A stretch of 52,250 bases of DNA from positions 1-52,250 of IMG/VR virus record IMGVR_UViG_3300037961_002566; one strand, 5' to 3'. The stretch comes from a virus (lineage: Duplodnaviria > Caudoviricetes). A program made the translations under genes and the position numbers. This document shows, in pieces, positions 1 to 9,474 of the stretch (the stretch's first letter is position 1; each line of letters begins with the position of its first letter). A model generated the notes under the pieces. That model saw only the letters and a program-made list of their open reading frames with translations. It searched no databases and had not been told where the DNA came from.

Positions 1-447
1 GGAGGACAGACAGCAGATGGTACTAATAGGTATGTGGTGCAAATAAAAGAAACGTCATTGTCCTCTGATTTTACTGTTAATAGCACGAGTGAAGCTGAAG
101 TTTTGTCTTTGGCTATTACACCTCAATTATCTACTAATAAGGTTCTTGTGATGGCTTATTTTGGAATGTACCTAGATGGTGGTGCTAGTACAAGTAGAGG
201 AGATTTTGTTTTAAAAAGAGATAGTACGCAAATACACACTACAGATGATGGTTTAGGTGGCTATGGATTTTTTAGAGAAGGAAGTGGTCATTTTAAAGCA
301 AATAATAACTTTTTATCTGTAATAGACAGCCCTAGCACTACGAGTAGCGTGACATATAAAATGTTTGTAGATGGACATACATTAGATTCTAATGGTTCTC
401 TTGGGGCAGGTATTACTAGATTAACCCTCATGGAGATTGCCCAATGA
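1..447 (+). CDS. Tail fibre/adhesin module protein, 5'-truncated
   Basis: Frame is open from base 1 (GGQTADGTNRYVVQIKET...). Shares ITP..STNKVLV, DSPSTTSSVTY and C-terminal TLMEIAQ motifs with neighbouring paralogues. Confidence 0.7.
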   Translation, partial: GGQTADGTNRYVVQIKETSLSSDFTVNSTSEAEVLSLAITPQLSTNKVLVMAYFGMYLDGGASTSRGDFVLKRDSTQIHTTDDGLGGYGFFREGSGHFKANNNFLSVIDSPSTTSSVTYKMFVDGHTLDSNGSLGAGITRLTLMEIAQ

Positions 448-953
448 GTACACTATCAGTAGACACAATACAGGGCAAGACTACAGCAGGAACAGTGGCT
501 ATGCCTAGTGGCACTCCAGTACAGCTACAAACTACACAAGGTAATTTTAGCTATCAAGAAATAAGTTCAACAAGCATGGTTGAAGTTACAGATATGAACG
601 TAACAATCACTCCAAAATTTTCAAGCAGTAAAATATTAGTTTCTCTTCAAACTGCTTGGTGGCTTACTACTGATGCAAATAATTACATGATTACAACCAT
701 ATACAGAAGCATTGGTGGAGGGTCTTTTTCAAATCTTGCTGTAGATAATACTTATGATGCACTAAGATTTCATGCTCCTGCTAGAAATGCAACTTTGACA
801 GACGTTTGTAATATAGATTATATAGACACCCCAAACACTACGAGTGCAGTAGTATATAAATTGTACGCAAGGAGATATGATAGTTCAAATAATGTTAGAA
901 TTAAATATGCACAAACATCAAGTTTTATTATGGCAACGGAGGTAGCACAATGA
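444..953 (+). CDS. Tail fibre/adhesin module protein
   Basis: N-terminal MSTLSVDTIQGKT, TITPKFSSSKILV, DTPNTTSAVVYK and C-terminal EVAQ; ATGA overlap with the previous gene. Confidence 0.7.
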   Translation: MSTLSVDTIQGKTTAGTVAMPSGTPVQLQTTQGNFSYQEISSTSMVEVTDMNVTITPKFSSSKILVSLQTAWWLTTDANNYMITTIYRSIGGGSFSNLAVDNTYDALRFHAPARNATLTDVCNIDYIDTPNTTSAVVYKLYARRYDSSNNVRIKYAQTSSFIMATEVAQ

Positions 954-1363
954 CAACAATAGCCAACGCATTAACAAGTTTAGGAGTTACAGAGTGGGTT
1001 CTTAGAGGAGAGCCTACAAATGAAGAAGAGTTTAACCAGATGTTTCGTAAGGTTACTGGAGCAGATAAAAATGGTTCAGCAATAGAAAGTGCAGACCCAA
1101 AGGACTGGGGTGTAACATATGCACAGGTAGCAGGAGAAAAGACGTTACTGCAAAGCCGTGAGCCAATGCGATTGCTTCGTGTAGAACGAGACAGATTACT
1201 GGCAGAAACAGATTGGACTGCGTTAGGTGATGTAACTATGTCGAGTGCCATGAAAACTTATAGACAAGAGCTTAGAGACTTACCTGCAAACTCTGATCCA
1301 AAGCTAGATAGTAATGGTGGATTAGACATGAGCAGTGTAAAGTTTCCAACTAAACCAAGCTAG
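950..1363 (+). CDS. Tail fibre assembly chaperone-like protein
   Basis: LRVERDRLLAETDW...YRQELRDLP...FPTKP is typical of phage tail assembly chaperone domains. Confidence 0.75.
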   Translation: MTTIANALTSLGVTEWVLRGEPTNEEEFNQMFRKVTGADKNGSAIESADPKDWGVTYAQVAGEKTLLQSREPMRLLRVERDRLLAETDWTALGDVTMSSAMKTYRQELRDLPANSDPKLDSNGGLDMSSVKFPTKPS

Positions 1364-1372
1364 GAGTAGGAA

Positions 1373-2047
1373 GTGGGATTAACTAAAGTCGTAGGAAGTG
1401 GTTTGAGTGGTGCTACTGTTAGTTCTAGCAACGTAGTAAGCATTCCAAAACAAGCAGGTATGTATGAACATATTATGTCAAAGGTTAGCACTTCAGATGG
1501 ACAATTAGCTCCGTCAGCAGGTATACGTTTTAATAGTGTGTTTTCGTCAGATTACATTACTTATAAAGTGGTTATTGGTTATCTCAACTTTACTGGTGGA
1601 AGTGGAGACGATTTAACATTTAGGTTTCTTACAGGTACAGACACTGATATTAGCTCAAGTGATTACCAATACACTCTTACAAATCAAAGACATAATAATG
1701 ACAGTTATCTTGCTATATCTGGTAATAACCAATCAACAGCTATAATATACAAAGACCTTTGGAATAATCTAGCAGGTGGTGTTCATGGGGAGTTAAATAT
1801 TTACAATGTGGTTGCTCCAGTAATTGATGGTGCAAATACAGATAAAGGTACTTATTACAGACCTATGGTAATAAATGATCTGGTTGGGTATGCAGATGGA
1901 ATAGATCATTATACAAGACAATCTGGAATGGTTCGTTACAACCCAAACAATCAAGACACACATTATACTGGGTTTACGTTACAATTTGGTCAAGAGGAAA
2001 GAGCAACCACGCACATTCAAGTTTACGGATTAAGGGTACACGCATAA
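1373..2047 (+). CDS. Putative tail fibre/virion protein
   Basis: GTG start after GGAGTAGGA; beta-rich S/T/G composition; FSSDYITYKVVI and C-terminal IQVYGL; lies in the tail-fibre cluster. Confidence 0.6.
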   Translation: MGLTKVVGSGLSGATVSSSNVVSIPKQAGMYEHIMSKVSTSDGQLAPSAGIRFNSVFSSDYITYKVVIGYLNFTGGSGDDLTFRFLTGTDTDISSSDYQYTLTNQRHNNDSYLAISGNNQSTAIIYKDLWNNLAGGVHGELNIYNVVAPVIDGANTDKGTYYRPMVINDLVGYADGIDHYTRQSGMVRYNPNNQDTHYTGFTLQFGQEERATTHIQVYGLRVHA

Positions 2048-2508
2048 TGCCATACATAGGAAAAGCACCAAACCAAGGGGTTAGAACACGCTTCATATAC
2101 CAAGCCACAGCAGGGCAGACATCGTTTAGTGGTTCAGATGCCAATGCAAACGTATTGAGCTACAGCGATGGTGAGTATGTAGATGTCTATCAGAATGGTG
2201 TTTTACTGAAACCTGCTACAGATTACACAGCTACATCAGGCACTACGGCTGTCCTAGTAACAGGAGCATCTCTGAATGATGTGATCGAGATTATAGTGTA
2301 TGACGCTTTTTCCATAGCTAACAGCTACACCAAAGCAGAATCAGATACACGCTATCCTTTTCTTGGAAACGACAGTATAATACGAACCAACGGCAACAGT
2401 ATCACGGCAGACATAACAATACCTAGTGGTACAAACGGATTGTCAGCAGGACCTATAACAGTTACAAATGCTACAATCACAGTTAACGGAGTGTATACAA
2501 TAGTATGA
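2047..2508 (+). CDS. Tail fibre protein
   Basis: MPYIGKAP...ATAGQTSFSG...VDVYQNGVLL and C-terminal NGLSAGPITV, a common marine phage fibre architecture. Confidence 0.65.
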   Translation: MPYIGKAPNQGVRTRFIYQATAGQTSFSGSDANANVLSYSDGEYVDVYQNGVLLKPATDYTATSGTTAVLVTGASLNDVIEIIVYDAFSIANSYTKAESDTRYPFLGNDSIIRTNGNSITADITIPSGTNGLSAGPITVTNATITVNGVYTIV

Positions 2509-2984
2509 CCAGTCGATTATTAGTAGATAAGATTGAGGGTAAGAGTACGTCTGGTACTGTGCAGATGCCTCAAGGTCATGTCATTCAAACTCAAAGCTCT
2601 GTAATTACCTCTGAAGTTCAAACAAGCTCTACATCTTATACGGACACTGGTCACAGCGTAACCATAACTCCAAAGTTTAGCTCCTCAAAAATATTTATTT
2701 TGTTTTTAGGGGGAAGAATAACTTATGGAACTTCAACAGCAAGTAGAATATCAGTACAACTTCATGCAGATAGTGTAAATATTGCTCAAGTGGTAGAAGA
2801 ACTTCAACAAGGCTCAAGTAATGTAGCTTATGGTTTTAATATGGCAAATAGTTTCACTCATTCACCTAACACAACGAGTGCAGTGGTTTACAAAACAGTA
2901 TTTAAATCGATTGGTGGAAATGCAATCTATTATAACTCCCAAGGAGTGCCTATTAATTTAATAGCACAGGAGATAGCACAGTAA
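2505..2984 (+). CDS. Tail fibre/adhesin module protein
   Basis: Paralogue of 444-953 (VDKIEGKST, TITPKFSSSKI, SPNTTSAVVYK, QEIAQ). Confidence 0.7.
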   Translation: MTSRLLVDKIEGKSTSGTVQMPQGHVIQTQSSVITSEVQTSSTSYTDTGHSVTITPKFSSSKIFILFLGGRITYGTSTASRISVQLHADSVNIAQVVEELQQGSSNVAYGFNMANSFTHSPNTTSAVVYKTVFKSIGGNAIYYNSQGVPINLIAQEIAQ

Positions 2985-3526
2985 TGGCAAGTGAACTTCA
3001 TGTCGATGCAATAAAACATTCTGGTGGCACAAGTGCCTTGACGATAGATAGTAGTGGTAACATAGTTACTAATGCAAAGTTGCGAAGCACAGGTCATGTT
3101 ATACAAACAGTGGTAGGGTCAACAAGTAATAATAATACAGGTAGTGCTACTTTTTCTTCAATAGGGTCAGGTACAATAACTCCAGTAAGCACATCCAGTA
3201 AAATACTTTTGATAGCACAAATACACGTTTATGTTCGTGGTTATGCTAGTAACGCTTGGAGAGGAGGACAAATTAGATTTAAAAGAGATTCTACTGCTAT
3301 CTTTGGTGACATAGGTGCAGACCCTTATGGAAATGCAGGGCATTTTGACAATGATAATGATAGATACATGGAATATTCTACAAGAGTTTATTTAGATAGC
3401 CCTTCTACAACCAGTTCAGTAACTTATACAATAGAAGGTGCTTCCAGAGGAGGTCTTATAAATATTGAATTTAACAGTGGTGATTATGGAAGTAGTTCGT
3501 TTTATCTACAGGAGATTGCAGGATAA
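2984..3526 (+). CDS. Tail fibre/adhesin module protein
   Basis: Paralogue (GHVIQTV, TITPVSTSSKILL, DSPSTTSSVTY, QEIAG). Confidence 0.7.
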   Translation: MASELHVDAIKHSGGTSALTIDSSGNIVTNAKLRSTGHVIQTVVGSTSNNNTGSATFSSIGSGTITPVSTSSKILLIAQIHVYVRGYASNAWRGGQIRFKRDSTAIFGDIGADPYGNAGHFDNDNDRYMEYSTRVYLDSPSTTSSVTYTIEGASRGGLINIEFNSGDYGSSSFYLQEIAG

Positions 3527-4044
3527 TGGCATCAATACTTAAAGTAAATACCATACAAGACGCAACGAACTCTACAACGGCTATGAGTGTGGATACAGCA
3601 GGGCGAGTAAATTTTCCTACCTTACCAAGAGTAAGTGTTACACATAGCACAAATGGCACTGTAACTTATAGTGCTAATGACCACTATGTAACGGACTCAA
3701 CTATACAACATAGAATTACTATGGTGGGAATTACCTTTGGTGGAAGTAATGGTCGTTTTACTGTGCCTGTATCTGGTGATTATGCTATATCCTACTTTAA
3801 TATGATTAATGGTGCAGCATCTGGAACTGGGGTTGTGGAATGGAATATAAAAAAGAATGGGTCAGACAATTTGCTTAGAGCATATGCATCAGCAGATGGG
3901 AGTTATTGGAGTAATATGGGCTGTTCTGGAATTGTATCGCTTTCAGCAAGTGACTATATAACTATTGAATGTGGAGCTGCAAACGCAAGTTATGATGGTC
4001 ATGGAGGGCATTACTCTGGTTTTTCAATGCATTTATTAGGATAA
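3526..4044 (+). CDS. Tail fibre protein with C1q-like domain
   Basis: NGRFTVPVSGDY...VSLSASDYI...FSMHLLG resembles the C1q/TNF-like beta-sandwich signature. Confidence 0.6.
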   Translation: MASILKVNTIQDATNSTTAMSVDTAGRVNFPTLPRVSVTHSTNGTVTYSANDHYVTDSTIQHRITMVGITFGGSNGRFTVPVSGDYAISYFNMINGAASGTGVVEWNIKKNGSDNLLRAYASADGSYWSNMGCSGIVSLSASDYITIECGAANASYDGHGGHYSGFSMHLLG

Positions 4045-4048
4045 CACC

Positions 4049-5113
4049 ATGAGCAAAGCAGCAGATTTAGCAAACCTTATAGGCAACATCAACGCAGGGG
4101 GTGGTGGAGTAAATAAAAATGTCATAATTAATGGCGATTTTAAAATTAAGCAAAGAGCAGGAACAGGGACTCAATCCACAGATTTAGGTGCTAGTAGTGG
4201 CTATCATTTACATGATAGATGGAACTTAGATTTTAGTTCAACAGCAGGACGTTTAACCATGTCACATGATAGCTCTGCACCTAGTGGATTTGCAAATAGT
4301 ATGAAACTTGCGTGTACTACAGCAGATACATCTATAGCGTCAGGAGAGTTTTTTCAGTTTGAACAACTTATAGAAGGTCAAAATCTACAAGCTTTTGCCA
4401 AAGGAACATCAGATGCTAAACCATTTGCTGTATCATTTTATGTAAAAGGTAATGCTAGTGCTACTTACATTTGTGAATTGTTTGATTCAGATAACAGTAG
4501 ACAAGTATCTAAAACATTTAATGTTACAACAGATTGGACACGAGTAAAATTAAATTTTCCTGCTGATACAACTGGTGCATTTAATAATGATAATGCAAGT
4601 AGCTTGGCTTTTATTATACACTTACACGCAGGTTCAAATTACACAAGTGGAACTCTCAATACTACTTGGGATAGTGTAACACAAGCAAATAGAGCCGTAG
4701 GTATATCCTCATTCTTTGACAGCACAGACAGAACCTTCTTCATCACAGGTATTCAGTTAGAAGTAGGGCAGAATCCAACAGAGTTTGAGCATGAGACTTT
4801 TGAGAAGACGTTGCATAAATGTTATAGATATTATTATAGGGAATCTTTAGGGGGTTTAGGAATTGGAAGCTCATATGCAAATGGTGCGTGGAATTATGTT
4901 GGAATGATAATGCCTGTTACTATGAGAGCAGACCCAACAGCATCATACTCTGGGGGTACTTCAAGTGGTACTTGGCACTCATCTGCTACTTCTAAGGGAG
5001 TAAGTGCTAAAAAAGGTGTTATGACAGTTTATCAAAAATGTAATGGAACAAACCTTGATATTTATATTGGTGGTTCAGACCCCTTAATCCCTATATTAGA
5101 TGCAGAGCTTTAA
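4049..5113 (+). CDS. Tail fibre protein with carbohydrate-binding-like domain
   Basis: KNVIINGDFKIKQR...DRW...ITGIQLEVG..PTEFEH...CYRYY pattern of phage fibre proteins. Confidence 0.7.
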   Translation: MSKAADLANLIGNINAGGGGVNKNVIINGDFKIKQRAGTGTQSTDLGASSGYHLHDRWNLDFSSTAGRLTMSHDSSAPSGFANSMKLACTTADTSIASGEFFQFEQLIEGQNLQAFAKGTSDAKPFAVSFYVKGNASATYICELFDSDNSRQVSKTFNVTTDWTRVKLNFPADTTGAFNNDNASSLAFIIHLHAGSNYTSGTLNTTWDSVTQANRAVGISSFFDSTDRTFFITGIQLEVGQNPTEFEHETFEKTLHKCYRYYYRESLGGLGIGSSYANGAWNYVGMIMPVTMRADPTASYSGGTSSGTWHSSATSKGVSAKKGVMTVYQKCNGTNLDIYIGGSDPLIPILDAEL

Positions 5114-5115
5114 AA

Positions 5116-5283
5116 ATGAATATTACACAAGCACAATATTTTGATTTACTAGGGGAAACATACATAATTGCAACTATTGATGGTCAAGAAGTAACAGTGC
5201 CGTCAGACCCTGACAACAGACACTACGCAGAAATACTAAAACAAGTAAAGGAAGGCACCCTGACAATTAAGGAAGCTGACTAA
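5116..5283 (+). CDS. Small tail-fibre-associated protein (55 aa; not in ORF track)
   Basis: Hand translation MNITQAQYFDLLGETYIIATIDGQEVTVPSDPDNRHYAEILKQVKEGTLTIKEAD*. Fills the gap exactly, with TAATG coupling to the next gene. Confidence 0.75.
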   Translation: MNITQAQYFDLLGETYIIATIDGQEVTVPSDPDNRHYAEILKQVKEGTLTIKEAD

Positions 5284-5642
5284 TGCTTGGCTTTGGGGCA
5301 ATATCGGAAGTCTCTATTGCGGAACTTCCTGGTGCTTTTGTACCAGTATCAGGACAGGTAGGAACGTCAGCTTTAGGTAGTGTTGGGGTCACAAGTTTTG
5401 GCGCAGCCGATGCTATAGGCGTATCAGCTACAATGGCTCTGGGTAATATATCCGTCACAGGAACAGCCAACATATCAATCACAGGATTATCAGCTATAGG
5501 TGAATTAGGAAACGAAACAGTGTGGGGATTAATTATTCCAGACGTAGGAAACACATACACAAACATAACAACAGGTGCTTCACAGACATGGACAGAGATA
5601 ACTACAGGAGCATCTCAAACATGGACAGATGTCATACAATAA
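5283..5642 (+). CDS. Virion structural protein (hypothetical)
   Basis: MLGFGAISE start; G/S/T/A-rich; C-terminal ITTGASQTWT repeated twice. Confidence 0.6.
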   Translation: MLGFGAISEVSIAELPGAFVPVSGQVGTSALGSVGVTSFGAADAIGVSATMALGNISVTGTANISITGLSAIGELGNETVWGLIIPDVGNTYTNITTGASQTWTEITTGASQTWTDVIQ

Positions 5643-5647
5643 GGTAT

Positions 5648-5667
5648 AAAAGTACCATAGAACTTTT
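5648..5667. promoter_or_regulatory. 20-bp palindromic motif copy
   Basis: AAAAGTACCATAGAACTTTT, intergenic, just upstream of the GAGGAG RBS of 5680. Confidence 0.75.
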
Positions 5668-5679
5668 TGAGGAGAAGCA

Positions 5680-6843
5680 ATGCCAAGTACATATACAAGC
5701 AACGGTGGTATAGAAAAGATCGGTCTTGGCGAAAAGGCAGGAGCTTGGGGAACCACCACAAATAACAACTTTGATATTATAGATAGGTTAACTAATGGTG
5801 TTGTTGATATAACGCTATCAGGCACAACGCACACACTCACAACTAGTGATGGCTCAGTTTCTGATGGTATGTCAAAAGTTTTAGTTTTAGGAGGATCGCC
5901 TTCTGGAACAAACACAATAACAATCAGCCCTAGTGATGCAGATAAGTTATATTTTGTGCAAAATGGTACAAGTCAAACAGCTACATTTACACAAGGCTCT
6001 GGTGCTAACGTAAGCGTAGCAGCAGGAAAGCAAGCTATAATATATGCAGATGGTAAAGGTTCAACAGCAGCAGTAATAGAAATCAAGCCAAATACTGCTG
6101 ATGCAAGTGTAGTAACAGCAACCCTAGCAGATGATGCAGTAACGGCTGCTAAAATAGCAGATGATGCCGTTGGTGCTGATGCTGTTGCTGACAATTCTAT
6201 TGGAGCAGCAGCGATAAACATATCAGGAAACGGAACATCTGGTCAGGCTGTGGTTTCTGATGGAGATGGTAGTTTTAGTTACACATCTAATATTGTTCCA
6301 TCTGGTGCGTTGATGCCTTTTGCAGGAACTTCTGCCCCAACAGGATATTTATTATGTGATGGCTCTGCTGTTTCACGAAGTACTTATGCAACTCTTTTTG
6401 CAGCTCTTGATAACGGAAATATATATGGAGCAGGTGATGGTTCATCGACATTTAATCTTCCAGATTTGAGAGGAAGAGTTATTGCAGGTCAAGATGATAT
6501 GGGAGGTTCGTCAGCCAATAGACTTACCAATCAAACTGGTGGTCTTAACGGTGATGATTTAGGTGCAACAGGTGGTTCAGAAACGCATACATTGACGACA
6601 GCACAGTTAGCGTCACACACGCACAGTTTTAGTGATACAGATACTGTAAGCCCTGTTTCTATACCCAGAACTTTGATTGTAGGTGCTGCTGCTAATTCTG
6701 TAAACGTAGACGGTAGTGGAGTTCGTTCCGATTCTGGTTCTATAACTGTTTCAATTAGTGGAACTACAGGTAGTGCAGGTAGTGGTTCGGCACACAACAA
6801 CGTACAGCCTACAATAATCTTGAACTACATTATAAAAACATAA
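5680..6843 (+). CDS. Tail fibre with phage tail-collar domain
   Basis: SGALMPFAGTSAPTGYLLCDGSAVSRSTYATLF...FNLPDLRGR and C-terminal HNNVQPTIILNYIIKT. Confidence 0.85.
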   Translation: MPSTYTSNGGIEKIGLGEKAGAWGTTTNNNFDIIDRLTNGVVDITLSGTTHTLTTSDGSVSDGMSKVLVLGGSPSGTNTITISPSDADKLYFVQNGTSQTATFTQGSGANVSVAAGKQAIIYADGKGSTAAVIEIKPNTADASVVTATLADDAVTAAKIADDAVGADAVADNSIGAAAINISGNGTSGQAVVSDGDGSFSYTSNIVPSGALMPFAGTSAPTGYLLCDGSAVSRSTYATLFAALDNGNIYGAGDGSSTFNLPDLRGRVIAGQDDMGGSSANRLTNQTGGLNGDDLGATGGSETHTLTTAQLASHTHSFSDTDTVSPVSIPRTLIVGAAANSVNVDGSGVRSDSGSITVSISGTTGSAGSGSAHNNVQPTIILNYIIKT

Positions 6844-6852
6844 GAGAATATT

Positions 6853-9177
6853 ATGGCTTTAACTAAATTACAGTTTAGAGCAGGAATAAACAGAGATTCA
6901 ACATCATACACCAACGAAGGTGGATGGTTTGACGGAGACAAAGTACGTTTTAGAAATGGCTTGCCTGAGAAGATAGGTGGTTGGACAAAGTATTCTGATA
7001 CACAGTTTGTAGGAACCTGTCGTGCCTTGCACACATGGACAGCACTAGATAACACAAATTTCATAGGCATAGGTACAAGTCAAAAGTATTATCTCAATGC
7101 AGGTGGTACTTACTATGACATAACGCCTCTAAGGCTTCCATCAACATCGGCAGGCGATGTTACGTTCTCTGCAACCAACGGAAGCTCTACTATAACTGTT
7201 ACAGACACAGATCACGGAGCAAACCTAAATGACTTTGTTACATTTTCAGGTGCAGTGACATTGGGTGCTAACGTAACAGCGAGTGTTTTAAACCAAGAAC
7301 ATCAGATAACATCCATAACAAGTAGCAGTCAATATGTCATTGACGTAATAAGTTTGTTAGACACAACGGCTATTAACGATACAAATGGTATAAACGAATC
7401 TGTTACTTCTGTAACTGTAGATGATACTAGCTCTTTTGCTTCATCTGGAACTATAAAGATAGATGACGAGTTAATCACTTACTCTGGCAAAACGTCAACC
7501 ACTCTTACAGGTCTTACTAGAGGTGCATTAAGCACTAGCGCAGCTACTCATGCCGATGATGCCACCGTAACGGAGATGCCCAATGCGTCAGATTCTGGGA
7601 ATGGTGGAAGCTCTACAGTGGGAGAGTATCAGATAAATGTAGGACTAGAAGATAACTCCTACGGAAATGGTTGGGGTGCAGGTATATGGGGTGGTATATC
7701 TGGTTCAGCAGCAACCACAGCCGTAAATGATGGAAGTGGTATGACAGCTTCAGACACTAGCGTAACAGTGGATTCATCAGCTAACTTTGAAACAACAGGA
7801 TACTTGTTAATAGATAGTGAGATAATTCAGTACACAGGAAAAACATCTACTACATTTACTGGATTAACTAGAGGATTATTTGGAACAACGGCAGCTACTC
7901 ATGCAGATAACGCTACAGTCACAGAGGCATTAGGGGGTTGGGGTGTGCCTGCCACTACAAACATAGCAGGAGCCTTGCTGAGACATTGGTCACATGACAA
8001 CTTTGGTGAAGACTTAATAATGAATGTAAGAGATGGTGCGATATACTATTGGGATAGATCAGGTGGCACATCAGCAAGAGCCGTAGAGATTACAACACTA
8101 GCAGGGTCTACCAACGCACCAACAATAGCCAAGAAGGTTATAGTCTCTGAAAGAGACAGACACGTTTTAGCTTTTGGTTGTGATAGTGAAACAGCAAGTG
8201 GTACACAAGACCCATTACTGATTCGGTTTGCATCTCAGGAAAGTCTCACAGCGTGGAACGCTTTACCAACAAATACGGCAGGGGAGTTGCGTATTGGTAC
8301 AGGATCAGAGATAGTTACAGCCATACAAACAAAGCAACAGACACTCGTTATTACAGATGTATCCGTACACGCTTTACAGTTTATCGGACCTCCGTTTACA
8401 TTTGGTATTACAGAGGTTGGTAGAAACACCACAATAATATCTGAGAATGCTGCCGTGGCTGTAGAGGAATCTGTGTACTGGATGGGATACAGAGAGTTCT
8501 ATGTGTACAATGGTAGAACACAAAAGCTCGTGTGTCCTGTGCAAGACTTTGTGTTTAGTGATTTAAACAGAGATCAGGATACTAAGATTGTGGCAGGTCA
8601 GAATAGTGCATACTCTGAGGTATGGTGGTTTTATCCATCATCAAGTGCAACAGCTAACGATAGATATGTAGTATACAACTACGAGCAAAACATTTGGTAT
8701 TATGGCACTCTTGCAAGAACAGCATGGGTGGACAGAGGTGTGTTATTGTATCCCATAGCTGCCTCGACAGATAACTATCTTTATTATCAAGAGTTTGGTT
8801 TCGATGATGGATCGCAGTCTCCTGCATCAGGAATTACATCATTTATAGAATCAAGTCAGGTAACAATAGGAGATGGAGACAATTTCTTTTTTGCAAGTAG
8901 AGTTATTCCTGATGTAACTTTTAGAAACAGCACAAGCACATCGCCACAGGTAAACTTAACGCTAAAGGCAAGACGATTTCCTGGTACTACATACGATCAA
9001 ACAGAGACAAGTTCTGTTACGCAGTCAGCAAGTACTCCTATAGAGTTATTTACTGAGAAGGCTGATATACGCCTTAGAGGTCGTTCTTTTGCTGTTAGGT
9101 TAGAAAGTACAGCAACAGGTGTTACATGGCGTTTAGGAACCACTAGAGTTGATCTGAGGCAGGATGGTAGGCGATAA
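6853..9177 (+). CDS. Tail hub/packaged-DNA stabilisation protein (P22 gp10-like)
   Basis: Size, position before the ejection genes, and beta-propeller-like motifs (DKVRFRNGLPEKIGGW, EVWWFYPS, G.L.RTAW.D). Confidence 0.65.
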   Translation: MALTKLQFRAGINRDSTSYTNEGGWFDGDKVRFRNGLPEKIGGWTKYSDTQFVGTCRALHTWTALDNTNFIGIGTSQKYYLNAGGTYYDITPLRLPSTSAGDVTFSATNGSSTITVTDTDHGANLNDFVTFSGAVTLGANVTASVLNQEHQITSITSSSQYVIDVISLLDTTAINDTNGINESVTSVTVDDTSSFASSGTIKIDDELITYSGKTSTTLTGLTRGALSTSAATHADDATVTEMPNASDSGNGGSSTVGEYQINVGLEDNSYGNGWGAGIWGGISGSAATTAVNDGSGMTASDTSVTVDSSANFETTGYLLIDSEIIQYTGKTSTTFTGLTRGLFGTTAATHADNATVTEALGGWGVPATTNIAGALLRHWSHDNFGEDLIMNVRDGAIYYWDRSGGTSARAVEITTLAGSTNAPTIAKKVIVSERDRHVLAFGCDSETASGTQDPLLIRFASQESLTAWNALPTNTAGELRIGTGSEIVTAIQTKQQTLVITDVSVHALQFIGPPFTFGITEVGRNTTIISENAAVAVEESVYWMGYREFYVYNGRTQKLVCPVQDFVFSDLNRDQDTKIVAGQNSAYSEVWWFYPSSSATANDRYVVYNYEQNIWYYGTLARTAWVDRGVLLYPIAASTDNYLYYQEFGFDDGSQSPASGITSFIESSQVTIGDGDNFFFASRVIPDVTFRNSTSTSPQVNLTLKARRFPGTTYDQTETSSVTQSASTPIELFTEKADIRLRGRSFAVRLESTATGVTWRLGTTRVDLRQDGRR
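7363..7926 (+). repeat. Two 71-aa internal repeats (7363-7575 and 7714-7926)
   Basis: TTAIND...ID.E.I.Y.GKTSTT.TGLTRG...AATHAD.ATVTE occurs twice; each copy is 213 nt. Confidence 0.9.
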
Positions 9178-9473
9178 TGTCCACAAAAGTACCCATACCG
9201 TTCTTTCCATCGGCTCCAAACGAGTATGATGCAAACTACATAACACAGATCGTAAGAGCCTTTGCGATATATACAGAGCAACAAAACGCAGGGGGAGAGG
9301 GCAGAAACACAGGTCTAGTCTTAACTAATCTACAGGCACATGACGATAACCTAGAAGTGGGATCATTGTTTGACCACGATGGGTTTGTGAAAATAAGTAG
9401 AGCAGATAGACCACATCCAAGAGGCAGTTTGGGAACGACAGGACTAGGGTCGGTAACCATAACATTACCATAA
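9177..9473 (+). CDS. Hypothetical virion-associated protein
   Basis: Coupled ORF (TAATG) after the tail hub gene; P.AP.EYD motif. Confidence 0.6.
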   Translation: MSTKVPIPFFPSAPNEYDANYITQIVRAFAIYTEQQNAGGEGRNTGLVLTNLQAHDDNLEVGSLFDHDGFVKISRADRPHPRGSLGTTGLGSVTITLP

Positions 9474-9474
9474 A

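Noticed and set aside
1-5113. Diversity-generating retroelement acting on tail fibres
   Set aside because: No reverse transcriptase in the window and no near-identical repeat pair differing only at adenines was seen.
9185-9206. AAAAGTACCCATACCGTTCTTT as another motif copy
   Set aside because: Only the left half matches and the spacing to a second half-site is wrong. The half-site at ~41255-41264 was excluded for the same reason.
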